Below are positions 26,590 through 35,165 of a stretch of 49,940 nt of DNA, one piece after another. Numbering within the stretch: the first letter of the stretch is position 1; every line of letters begins with the position of its first letter. Location of the stretch: assembly GCA_017635875.1 (NCBI GenBank), contig JAGBKP010000144.1:1-49940 (forward strand), given 5' to 3'. The notes under the pieces were generated by a model. It was given only the letters and a program-made list of their open reading frames with translations. It was not told the DNA's origin and searched no databases. This DNA comes from Selenomonadaceae bacterium (lineage in GTDB: Bacteria; Bacillota; Negativicutes; Selenomonadales; Selenomonadaceae). A program made the position numbers and the translations under genes.

Positions 26590-28389
26590 ATGACGGAAAT
26601 TGTAAAGGAAAAGTTATCGCTATTGTCAGACTCCCCAGGCATCTATATTATGAAAGACGAACACGGAAAAATAATTTACGTGGGCAAGGCGCGCGTATTA
26701 AAAAATCGCGTGCGTCAATATTTTCAACACACAGCTAATCATACGCCGAAAGTCCGCGCGATGGTGGCTAAAATCGCGGATTTTGAAACAATACTCACCC
26801 ATACGGAAGTGGAAGCCCTTATTTTAGAGTGCAATCTTATAAAAAAACATCGCCCGCGCTACAATATCAGCCTAAAGGACGATAAGAGCTATCCTTACGT
26901 AAAAGTGACGCTTCGGGACGATTATCCGAGACTTATAATCACGCGGCGCATTTTAAAGGACGGCGCGAGATACTTTGGACCTTATACGGACGCGGGCGCG
27001 CTTCACAGCAGCGTAAGACTTTTAAGAAAACTCTTTCCTATTCGTTCTTGTAAAAATATGGGGGAGCGACCTTGTTTAGAGCATCACATCAAGAGATGCC
27101 TCGCCCCTTGCGCGGGAAAAGTGGACAAAAGCGAATATTTTTCGATGATAAATTCCGTTTGTCTGTTTTTGGAAGGACGCACGGCGGAAGTTGAAAAAAC
27201 TCTGCAAAAAAATATGGAGGATGCCGCCGAAAATTTTGAATTTGAAAAGGCGGCGAGACTTCGCGACCAGCTTGCGGCGGTTAAAAAGACGGCGGAAAAG
27301 CAAAACATAGTGACGGGCGCGGGCGACCAAGATGTTATAGGCATAGCGCGGTCAAATTCTTTTGCTTGCGTTGAAATTTTAATCGTGCGCGAAGGGAAGA
27401 TGATAGGCAGGGAACATTTTATCTTGAAAGGCAGCGAGGACGAAGCGGACGCGGATATTTTGTACGCGTTTTTATCTCAATACTATAACCACGCGGCTTT
27501 TTTGCCCAAAGAAGTTTTACTGCCGTTTATGATAAACGACGCGAGCGTGTTGGAAAAATTTTTGGAAGAAAAAAAAGGGACCCGCGTATATTTGCTCTCG
27601 CCGATTAGAGGAACGAAAAAAGATTTAATAGATATGGCGGCGGGAAACGCCCAAAAATATCTGGACGACGAAGAAAAGCGCCTTGAAAAGGATAACGCTC
27701 AAACAATCGGCGCGGTTTTGGAACTGCAAAAATATTTGATGCTTAAAAATCCGCCGCATAGAATGGAATGTTTCGATATTTCGCATATACAAGGCTCCGA
27801 AACGGTTGCGTCAATGGTGGTCTTTGAGGACGGCGCGCCGAAAAAGAGCGATTACAGAAGATTTAAAATAAAAAGCGCGGAAGGAAAACCAGACGATTTT
27901 AAGTCCATGAGAGAGGTCACGACACGCCGTTACGGAAAATTGAAAGAGGAAGAACTCCCCGACCTTATCGTAATAGACGGCGGCAAGGGGCAACTTTCAT
28001 CCGCCCTTGAAATAATTCGCGGCGCAGGGCATAAAACAGTGCCCGTGGTGGGGCTTGCAAAGCAATTTGAACTTATATTTGTGGAAGGACAAAGCGAACC
28101 TGTGGAACTTCCGAGAAACTCGGAATCTCTCTATCTTATGCAGCGGATACGCGACGAAGCGCATAGATTTGCAATAACTTACCATAGAAAACTTCGGAAT
28201 AAAAGAAATTTAGTTTCGGTTTTAGACCATATCGAAGGAATAGGAAGCGTGCGGCGAAACGCGCTTTTGGCGCATTTCGGCTCAGTGCAAAAGATAAAAG
28301 AAGCGGGTATCGAGGAAATTGCGAAAGTAAACGGTATGAATGAATCAGCCGCGCTTGCCGTCGCAAATTTCTTCGCGGCGCACAGATGA
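26590..28389 (+). CDS. uvrC: Excinuclease ABC subunit C
   Basis: GIY-YIG start (PGIYIMKDEHGKIIYVGKA), UVR domain (FEKAARLRDQL), and C-terminal RNase H-like plus HhH2 regions. ATG at 26590 preferred over the TTG at 26578. Confidence 0.95.
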   Translation: MTEIVKEKLSLLSDSPGIYIMKDEHGKIIYVGKARVLKNRVRQYFQHTANHTPKVRAMVAKIADFETILTHTEVEALILECNLIKKHRPRYNISLKDDKSYPYVKVTLRDDYPRLIITRRILKDGARYFGPYTDAGALHSSVRLLRKLFPIRSCKNMGERPCLEHHIKRCLAPCAGKVDKSEYFSMINSVCLFLEGRTAEVEKTLQKNMEDAAENFEFEKAARLRDQLAAVKKTAEKQNIVTGAGDQDVIGIARSNSFACVEILIVREGKMIGREHFILKGSEDEADADILYAFLSQYYNHAAFLPKEVLLPFMINDASVLEKFLEEKKGTRVYLLSPIRGTKKDLIDMAAGNAQKYLDDEEKRLEKDNAQTIGAVLELQKYLMLKNPPHRMECFDISHIQGSETVASMVVFEDGAPKKSDYRRFKIKSAEGKPDDFKSMREVTTRRYGKLKEEELPDLIVIDGGKGQLSSALEIIRGAGHKTVPVVGLAKQFELIFVEGQSEPVELPRNSESLYLMQRIRDEAHRFAITYHRKLRNKRNLVSVLDHIEGIGSVRRNALLAHFGSVQKIKEAGIEEIAKVNGMNESAALAVANFFAAHR

Positions 28390-28533
28390 AAATTCGCTTG
28401 ACGCTGATTTTGAAATAATTTAAAATATAGCTTGTGTTAATAATTTATAAAAATAATAAAGTTTTTTCAGGCTGTAAATAAAACTAAAAATTAAAAGCAA
28501 TAACAAAAAATTAATCAATAGAGTTTAGTAAAG

Positions 28534-28616
28534 TTTTCTTTCTCTCTTTTCTTCTTTGTTACTTTCTTCTTTTCTCTCTTTCTTTTTCAAAAGAAAGAGA
28601 GAAAAGAAGAAAGTAA
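28534..28616 (+). repeat. Tripartite pyrimidine/purine element, copy 2 (Ym 28534-28557, hairpin 28559-28616)
   Basis: Y arm 28559-28586 is the exact reverse complement of R arm 28589-28616 (2-nt loop). Ym TTTTCTTTCTCTCTTTTCTTCTTT is the exact mirror of the Y tract. Confidence 0.9.
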
Positions 28617-28647
28617 ATAAACAAACTAAAAAATACGAGGAGAAATC

Positions 28648-29277
28648 GTGAGGATAACGAAAAAGATAAAAGAAGAACAGATGAAAATTTTGGAAGAAAC
28701 GTATTTTGGGGCAAAACCGGCGTTAAAGTTTTCATCCGATTTTGAACTTTTGGTTGCGGTAATTTTATCCGCGCAGTGTACGGATATAAGAGTAAATGTT
28801 GTAACGGAAAGGCTTTTTAAAAAGGCTAATACGCCGGAAAAAATTTTAGAAATGGGAATAGAAGAACTCGAAAAAGAAATACACGATTGCGGATTTTTTA
28901 GAGCGAAAGCGAAACATATTTTTGAAACGTCAAATATTTTATTGCAAAAATTTAACGGAAAAGTGCCGTCCGATTTTGAAGAACTAACAAAACTTCCGGG
29001 CGTAGGGAGAAAAACCGCAAATGTAATCATGAGCGTCGCCTTTAATAAACCCGCGATAGCGGTGGACACTCATGTCTTTAGAGTGTCGAACAGATTGGGA
29101 CTAGCTAAAGGAGAAACACCGCTTGCGGTTGAAGAAGGATTACAAAAGGCGATACCCAAAGAAAAATGGGGAAATTTTCATCACTATTTAATATGGCACG
29201 GAAGAAAAATTTGCAAAGCAAAAAATCCGCTATGCGACGAGTGTATGTTGAAAGAAGTATGCGAATATAAAAATTGA
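28648..29277 (+). CDS. nth: Endonuclease III (DNA-(apurinic or apyrimidinic site) lyase)
   Basis: 209 aa. HhH-GPD motif LPGVGRKTANV, catalytic K/D context, and C-terminal 4Fe-4S cluster CKAKNPLCDECMLKEVC. GTG start after GAGGAG. Confidence 0.93.
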   Translation: MRITKKIKEEQMKILEETYFGAKPALKFSSDFELLVAVILSAQCTDIRVNVVTERLFKKANTPEKILEMGIEELEKEIHDCGFFRAKAKHIFETSNILLQKFNGKVPSDFEELTKLPGVGRKTANVIMSVAFNKPAIAVDTHVFRVSNRLGLAKGETPLAVEEGLQKAIPKEKWGNFHHYLIWHGRKICKAKNPLCDECMLKEVCEYKN

Positions 29278-29297
29278 ATTTAAAAAATAAAAAGTGT

Positions 29298-29332
29298 AAA
29301 AAACAATATAGAAAAAACAATATAGAAAAAAC
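29298..29332 (+). repeat. Tandem 14-nt repeat (AAAAAACAATATAG, 2.5 copies) in the flank of element copy 3
   Basis: Direct reading: AAAAAACAATATAG AAAAAACAATATAG AAAAAAC. Confidence 0.85.
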
Positions 29333-29354
29333 TAATCAACAGAGTCTATTAAAA

Positions 29355-29431
29355 TTTTTTCTCTCTCTTTTTCTTTGCTACTTTCTTTTTCTCTCTCTTT
29401 TTTATAAAAAAGAGAGAGAAAAAGAAAGTAG
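29355..29431 (+). repeat. Tripartite pyrimidine/purine element, copy 3 (Ym 29355-29376, perfect 54-nt palindrome 29378-29431)
   Basis: Ym TTTTTTCTCTCTCTTTTTCTTT, Y CTTTCTTTTTCTCTCTCTTTTTT (29381-29403), R AAAAAAGAGAGAGAAAAAGAAAG (29406-29428). Y/R are exact reverse complements and Ym/Y are exact mirrors. Confidence 0.92.
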
Positions 29432-29454
29432 ATAAAAAACATAGAGGTGAAAAA

Positions 29455-29946
29455 ATGATAGAATACAGAAAACCTAAATTTTCGGATGTTGAAGGCGTTT
29501 ACGAGCTTGTAATGGATTACGCGAACGAGGGGCAGATGCTTGCGCGGTCTAGGAACGTTTTGTACGAAACTTTAAGAGAAATGATAATCGCGGTTGAAGA
29601 CGGAAAAGTCATAGGCGTAGGCGCGCTTCATATTCTTTGGGCGGAACTTGCGGAAGTGAGATCTGTCGCCGTAGCTAGGGAAAAGAGACGGCTTGGAATA
29701 GGGAAAGAAATAGTTGAAAAGCTGATGGAAGAAGGTCGCGCTTTCGGCGTAAAAAAATTCTTTACCCTTACGTATCAGCCGAAATTCTTTTCTTCGCTGG
29801 ATTTTACGATAATCACAAAAAACGAACTTCCGCATAAGGTGTGGAAAGAGTGTATAGATTGCCCAAAATTTCCCGATTGCGACGAAATTCCGATGCTCCA
29901 CGATGAGTCAAAAGGCGATAAAAATACGGAGATTTTGTGGGAATAG
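29455..29946 (+). CDS. GNAT-family N-acetyltransferase (ArgA-like amino-acid N-acetyltransferase type)
   Basis: 163 aa. Acetyl-CoA motif RSVAVAREKRRLGIGKEIVEKL. Confidence 0.78.
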   Translation: MIEYRKPKFSDVEGVYELVMDYANEGQMLARSRNVLYETLREMIIAVEDGKVIGVGALHILWAELAEVRSVAVAREKRRLGIGKEIVEKLMEEGRAFGVKKFFTLTYQPKFFSSLDFTIITKNELPHKVWKECIDCPKFPDCDEIPMLHDESKGDKNTEILWE

Positions 29947-29959
29947 CGAGGTGTAGTTT

Positions 29960-32395
29960 TTGCCTATTGCAGATATAGCGGCTAATCTTCCGCTTAAAGA
30001 AATAAACCGAACGTATACTTATAACGTGCCTGCCGAATTGTCTTTTATAGACGTAGGTTGGCGCGTTTTTGTGCCTTTTGGGGGAAGAAAAGTCGAAGGT
30101 TTTGTCGTAAATGTAAGAGAAGAAAACGAAGATAACGTCGAGAATAAAATCAAGTTAAAAAATATAATAAGCGCAGTTGATGATGAACAGTGGTTTTCTA
30201 AAGAAACTATAGAAACCTGCAAAAAACTTTCGGATTTTTATTTATGTTCTCTTGCGGAAATGATGAGACTTTTTATGCCCGGAAAAAGCGGACTGAAAAT
30301 TTCATTTTTATACGCGATAAACGAAGAAAATACGAATAAAATTTTAAACGAAGAGCCTTTCGCTTCTGTTTATGGTTTAATAAAGAATAAAGGCGCGATT
30401 TCTAAAAACGATATAGAAAAAAATGTGGGTTTTGATAAAAAAACGATAAATAATTCCATTGAAAAAATGCTCCGTTTAAAACTTATAGAAAAAGTTTATA
30501 CGGCGAAGAAAAAAGCGTCGGATTTGTACGAAACATTTATCGAAAAAAATTCCGTAATAACGGACGATATTATCGAAAATTTTTCCAAAAGAAAACCGGC
30601 GCAGGCAAGATTATTAAAAGTCTTAAATGAAAAAAACAGTTTGAGTTTAAATGAAACAAAAGCGGAAAAAATTTCTTCCGATACCGTAAAAAAATTAGAA
30701 GAAGCTGGTTTTATTCGTCGCGTAAAAAAAAGAATTTACAGGAACAGTTACAAAAATTTTGAAACGGCAAACGAAAATCGCGCTCTTACAGACGAGCAAA
30801 AAAACGCTTACGCTGAAATTGCCGCATCAATAAAAAAAGCCGAATATAAATCCTTTTTGCTTTTTGGCGTTACGGGGAGCGGCAAAACCGAAGTGTACAT
30901 AAGAGCCGCAGAAACGGCGATAGCAGAAGGTCGCCGCGTAATTGTGCTTGTGCCTGAAATAGGCTTAACGGGGCAGCTTGTAAAGAGTTTCTATGAAAAA
31001 TTCGCGGGCGACATCGCCATAATCCACAGCCGTTTAACCGTATCGGAGCGTAACGACGCTATGATGAGAGTAAAGCGAAACGAGGCGCATATTGTAATCG
31101 GCGCGCGCTCTGCGCTTTTTACGCCTGCGGAAAACGTCGGGCTTATAATATTAGACGAAGAACACGATTATTCATATAAGCAGGACGAATCGCCACGCTA
31201 TCACGCCAAAGTAGTCGCTAATATTTTGGCTAAAGAACACGGCGCGACGCTTGTTTTTGGCAGCGCAACGCCTTCACTTGAAACTTTTTACGCTGCAAAA
31301 ACAGGCGAAGTTAAACTTTTGACGCTAAAGCGTCGTATAGGAGATATGCCGCTGCCGGAAGTTTCTTGCGTTGATATGCGCACGGAGTTAAAAAGCGGTA
31401 ATCGCCGTATACTTTCGCGTCCTCTTGAAAAACTTATAAAGGATACGATAGCCAAAAAAGAGCAGGTTATAATTTTATTAAATCGCAGAGGATTTTCCAC
31501 TTTCGTACTTTGCCGTTCTTGCGGAGAACCGCTCGTATGCAAAGATTGCGGCTTGCCTCTCGTGTATCACAAAAACGGCTCGCTTGCTTGTCATCACTGC
31601 GATAAAACGGAGATTATGCCCAAAACCTGCCCAAAATGCGGCAGCAAATACATAAAATATTTTGGCTCGGGGACGGAAAAACTTGAGGAAGAATTAAGAG
31701 AAATTATTCCCGCCGCCCGCGTAATTCGTATGGATAGGGACACCACCACAACAAAATTTGCTCATTCCGAGATTTTGGAAAAGTTTAAAAAAGGCGAATA
31801 CGATATACTTTTGGGAACGCAAATGGTAGCTAAAGGTCACGACGTGCCAAACGTAACGGCTGTTGGCATAATAAGCGCGGATTCTACACTTCATCTGCCG
31901 GATTTTCGCGCCGCCGAACGCGCTTTTACGCTTATTACGCAAACGTCGGGCAGAGCTGGGCGTCACGAGATAAAGGAGCATTTGCGCGGCAAAGTCATTG
32001 TGCAGTGCTACAATACGGAGCATTACGCTGTAGAATACGCCGCAAAAAACGATTACGAAGGCTTTTACGAAAAGGAAATTGAAATAAGAAAAGAACTTTC
32101 TTACCCGCCTTTTTGCAGACTTGTTAAACTTGTTTTTCAAGGAGAGGACGAAGAAAAAACCAAGGGAAACGCAAAAAAATTCATAGAAAAATTCAAGGCG
32201 TATTTTAACGAAAACGACGGCAATAATGCGATAGGTCCCGCGCCGGCGCTAATTGCAAATTTACGCGGAATTTACCGATTTGTAGTCCTAATAAAAGCCA
32301 AAGATTTAAAAAAAGCGAGCGAATTTTTAAAAAGTGAAAATATGCGCGCTTTAAGAGATGTGGCGATAGATATTGACCCCATTATAATGTTTTGA
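29960..32395 (+). CDS. priA: Primosomal protein N' (replication restart helicase PriA)
   Basis: 811 aa. Walker A GVTGSGKTEVY, DEEH box, and zinc-binding CRSCGEPLVCKDCG...CHHC...CPKCG insertion. Confidence 0.94.
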   Translation: MPIADIAANLPLKEINRTYTYNVPAELSFIDVGWRVFVPFGGRKVEGFVVNVREENEDNVENKIKLKNIISAVDDEQWFSKETIETCKKLSDFYLCSLAEMMRLFMPGKSGLKISFLYAINEENTNKILNEEPFASVYGLIKNKGAISKNDIEKNVGFDKKTINNSIEKMLRLKLIEKVYTAKKKASDLYETFIEKNSVITDDIIENFSKRKPAQARLLKVLNEKNSLSLNETKAEKISSDTVKKLEEAGFIRRVKKRIYRNSYKNFETANENRALTDEQKNAYAEIAASIKKAEYKSFLLFGVTGSGKTEVYIRAAETAIAEGRRVIVLVPEIGLTGQLVKSFYEKFAGDIAIIHSRLTVSERNDAMMRVKRNEAHIVIGARSALFTPAENVGLIILDEEHDYSYKQDESPRYHAKVVANILAKEHGATLVFGSATPSLETFYAAKTGEVKLLTLKRRIGDMPLPEVSCVDMRTELKSGNRRILSRPLEKLIKDTIAKKEQVIILLNRRGFSTFVLCRSCGEPLVCKDCGLPLVYHKNGSLACHHCDKTEIMPKTCPKCGSKYIKYFGSGTEKLEEELREIIPAARVIRMDRDTTTTKFAHSEILEKFKKGEYDILLGTQMVAKGHDVPNVTAVGIISADSTLHLPDFRAAERAFTLITQTSGRAGRHEIKEHLRGKVIVQCYNTEHYAVEYAAKNDYEGFYEKEIEIRKELSYPPFCRLVKLVFQGEDEEKTKGNAKKFIEKFKAYFNENDGNNAIGPAPALIANLRGIYRFVVLIKAKDLKKASEFLKSENMRALRDVAIDIDPIIMF

Positions 32396-32409
32396 TTTTG
32401 GAGACGAAT

Positions 32410-33093
32410 ATGAAAAAAATTAAAATTATAGCCTTTCTTTTGATAGTTTTTCTTTTCCTTTTAATACACATTATAGAGCCGAATTTTTTTCCGTATTTGT
32501 GGAAAACGCTTCTTTCGGGAGATATAATAGAAACGGCAAAATATATCGAATCATTCGGAGCGTGGGCCGTTGTTTTCAGTTTCTTTCTCACGCTTTTTGT
32601 AAACGCTTTGGGCTTTCCTCCCGCTATTATTTTTTCAACGGCAAACACAATAATTTTTGGCATAGTGCCCGGCATAATTTTATCCTGCGTTGCCGAAACC
32701 GTCGGAGTAGCCATAAGTTTTTTATTGCTTCGTTTCTTTTTTCGCGAGAGCGCGGAAAAAATCATAAATAAGAGCAAAACTCTTACAAACATAGACAAAT
32801 ACAGCGGCGAAAAAGGTTTCATATTTATGCTTATAGCGCGTATGGTGCCGTATATTCCCTCCGTGCTTTTAAACGCTGTGGGCGCGCTTTCGTCTTTAAG
32901 TTTCAGAAATTATTGCGTGGCGTCTTTTATAGGAAAATTTCCCTCAACCGGCATTGAAGCGATAATAGGTCACGATGCTATTTTGCAGGAAGAAAATCCC
33001 ACGCGAATTATAATTACGATAATTTTTGCGATAATTTTAATAGCGGGCGCGTATTTTTATCAACGCTATGAAAATAGAAAAAATAAGAAATAG
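32410..33093 (+). CDS. TVP38/TMEM64 (DedA superfamily, SNARE-associated) membrane protein
   Basis: Multi-TM protein with the pattern G.PP.....A.....G...G..L...........F...R, typical of the family. ATG at 32410 (after GGAG) preferred over the TTG at 32392. Confidence 0.75.
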   Translation: MKKIKIIAFLLIVFLFLLIHIIEPNFFPYLWKTLLSGDIIETAKYIESFGAWAVVFSFFLTLFVNALGFPPAIIFSTANTIIFGIVPGIILSCVAETVGVAISFLLLRFFFRESAEKIINKSKTLTNIDKYSGEKGFIFMLIARMVPYIPSVLLNAVGALSSLSFRNYCVASFIGKFPSTGIEAIIGHDAILQEENPTRIIITIIFAIILIAGAYFYQRYENRKNKK

Positions 33094-33103
33094 GAGGATT
33101 TTT

Positions 33104-33853
33104 ATGAGATTTGTTTCTTGGAACGTAAACGGGCTTCGGGCTTGTTTAAAGAAGGATTTTATGGGCTCTTTTAAAAAACTGAACGCGGATATATTTGCGC
33201 TTCAAGAGATAAAAATGGAAAAAGACCAAGCGATTTTAGAGCTTAACGGCTATGAAGAATACTGGTACAGCGCGGAGAAAAAAGGCTATTCGGGGACGGC
33301 TGTTTTTACCAGAATAAAGCCGATAAACGCGTCTTACGGCATAGGAATAGACGAGCACGACCACGAAGGCAGAGTTATAACGTTAGAGTTTGAGGATTAT
33401 TATTTTGTAACGGTTTATACTCCAAATTCAAGGCGGGAACTTGAAAGGCTCTCGTACAGAATGGAATGGGAGGACGCGTTTAGGAATTATTTAACGGAAC
33501 TTGACAAAAAAAAGCCCGTGATAGTCTGCGGAGATTTAAACGTGGCGCATAAGGAAATAGACTTAAAAAATCCAAAAACAAATCGCAGAAACGCAGGTTT
33601 TACGGACGAAGAGCGAAATAAATTTACGGAACTTTTAAAGAGCGGGTTTACCGATACTTTTAGGGCGTTTTACCCGGATAAAACAGGGGCGTATACTTGG
33701 TGGTCATATTTAAGAAAAGCAAGAGAAAATAACGCGGGATGGCGTATCGATTATTTTTTGGTTTCAAATCGCTTTATGGAAAACGTAAAGGACGCTACGA
33801 TAGAAAATGATATTTACGGGAGCGACCATTGCCCCGTAGGAATAACTCTGTAA
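33104..33853 (+). CDS. xth: Exodeoxyribonuclease III
   Basis: MRFVSWNVNGLRA start, LQEIK, GDLNVAH, and SDHCPV motifs. ATG at 33104 preceded by AGGAGG. Confidence 0.94.
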   Translation: MRFVSWNVNGLRACLKKDFMGSFKKLNADIFALQEIKMEKDQAILELNGYEEYWYSAEKKGYSGTAVFTRIKPINASYGIGIDEHDHEGRVITLEFEDYYFVTVYTPNSRRELERLSYRMEWEDAFRNYLTELDKKKPVIVCGDLNVAHKEIDLKNPKTNRRNAGFTDEERNKFTELLKSGFTDTFRAFYPDKTGAYTWWSYLRKARENNAGWRIDYFLVSNRFMENVKDATIENDIYGSDHCPVGITL

Positions 33854-33857
33854 GAAA

Positions 33858-33893
33858 ACACCTCCCGTCGGCAAAGACGACGGGAGGTGTTTT
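33858..33893. terminator. Bidirectional rho-independent terminator (13-bp GC-rich stem)
   Basis: ACACCTCCCGTCG-GCAAAGA-CGACGGGAGGTGT-TTT, between convergent xth and brnA. Confidence 0.85.
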
Positions 33894-33900
33894 CATTTCC

Positions 33901-34194
33901 TTAAGCCGCTCTTCTCGGCTGAGAATCTTTACCGCTACGATTCTGCGGTTTCTTGTTATTTGTTTCTTTCTCCGTTTTCATTTTAGCTTCGGCAACTTTA
34001 ACTCTAGCCATAATTTCTATCTCGGGAGGAATGTATTTGTGATGACGAAACCTAGAAAGTTCTTCTTTTGTAAGCGGAGGATTTTCGACATCATATTCGT
34101 CGATATGGTTTTTCAGCCTCTCATTCTCTGACGCTATACGCTCCGGCGTCATTTCCTCCATAATTTCTTCCATTGTTTTAACAACTATTGCCAT
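33901..34194 (-). CDS. brnA: BrnA-like antitoxin (partner of the DUF497 toxin)
   Basis: 97 aa, immediately downstream of and overlapping the BrnT-like gene (the usual toxin-first order of BrnTA). Family assignment is by context. The start may be the ATG at 34173. Confidence 0.5.
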   Translation of the reverse strand: MAIVVKTMEEIMEEMTPERIASENERLKNHIDEYDVENPPLTKEELSRFRHHKYIPPEIEIMARVKVAEAKMKTEKETNNKKPQNRSGKDSQPRRAA

Positions 34195-34453
34195 AGTATG
34201 CGCTCCTTTCTTCTTGGGTTGCCTTTCTTGCCGATATAATTCTTACTGTGTCTTTTTCACGATATGTAACTATCACGCATAAAACTTGGTCAACCATTCC
34301 GATTATCCTATATCTGTCTTCATCAAAACTGTGTATTTCGTCGTAATCTTCAATGTAGTTTGGGTCTTTAAAGATATATGCCGCTCTCTCAAATGAAATG
34401 CCGTGTTTTTGAATGTTAATCTTGTTCTTATTTTCATCCCATACAAATTTCAT
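34178..34453 (-). CDS. brnT: BrnT (DUF497) ribonuclease toxin
   Basis: MKFVWDENKNKINIQKHGISFERAAYIFKDP...RYRIIGM....L.VV.T.R....RIISARKA matches the DUF497 pattern. ATG at 34453 (after GAAGGTG) preferred over 34498. Confidence 0.8.
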   Translation of the reverse strand: MKFVWDENKNKINIQKHGISFERAAYIFKDPNYIEDYDEIHSFDEDRYRIIGMVDQVLCVIVTYREKDTVRIISARKATQEERSAYYGNSC

Positions 34454-34642
34454 TATCTTCACCTTCTCTATTTTAATATAAAGTAACAAAGAAAACAACC
34501 AAAAATTAACGCGCTTCCAAAATGACGGACAGTTTATTTTTAAAAAATGAAAAATACTTGTAAAATTTACTTGAATAAGAAAAAAGAGTTTGCTATAATA
34601 TGAAAAGTCTTTAAACTATATGTTATGAAAAGGAGAAATCTT

Positions 34643-35107
34643 ATGGTACAGTTGGAGAAGAAGCATGTTAAAATAATCAGCGTTCTTATCGCGCTTGTAT
34701 TTATCGGCAGCGTTGTGGCGATAGCTCTTACGCAAAGCGGCGCAGGCATTGCTTCTGCCGCCGGTAACGGAAACGTCGGCGTTGTGGATTATCGTCAGAT
34801 TATGAGTCAGCATCCCAATCTTCAGAGCGCAAACGAGCAAATGCAAAAAGCAGTGACCGACGCGCAGAAAGAATTTGAGGAAAAATCCGCCAATATGAGC
34901 GATCAAGAAAAAGCGAATTACTATAACCAAACTCAAGAGCGTTTGCAGGTAAAACAGCAGGAACTCTTAGACCCCATCGAAAAATCCGTTGACGATGCGG
35001 TGAAAAAAGTTGCGGACGCTAAAGGTCTTTCCGTTGTGCTTGACAAGAACACCGTGGTTTACGGCGGACAAGATATTACAAACGACGTTGTAAGTCGCTT
35101 GAAGTAA
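34643..35107 (+). CDS. Skp/OmpH-family periplasmic chaperone, paralog 1
   Basis: Signal/anchor sequence, then VGVVDYRQIMSQHP...KGLSVVLDKNTVVYGGQDITNDVVSRL, an OmpH-like pattern. ATG at 34643 after AAAGGAG. Confidence 0.7.
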   Translation: MVQLEKKHVKIISVLIALVFIGSVVAIALTQSGAGIASAAGNGNVGVVDYRQIMSQHPNLQSANEQMQKAVTDAQKEFEEKSANMSDQEKANYYNQTQERLQVKQQELLDPIEKSVDDAVKKVADAKGLSVVLDKNTVVYGGQDITNDVVSRLK

Positions 35108-35116
35108 TACGCGCAA

Positions 35117-35150
35117 AATACCGAGCAAAATCTGCTCGGTATTTTTTAAA
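35117..35150 (+). terminator. Rho-independent terminator
   Basis: ATACCGAGCA-AAATC-TGCTCGGTAT followed by TTTTT. Confidence 0.75.
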
Positions 35151-35165
35151 GAAGGGAGGGGGCGT

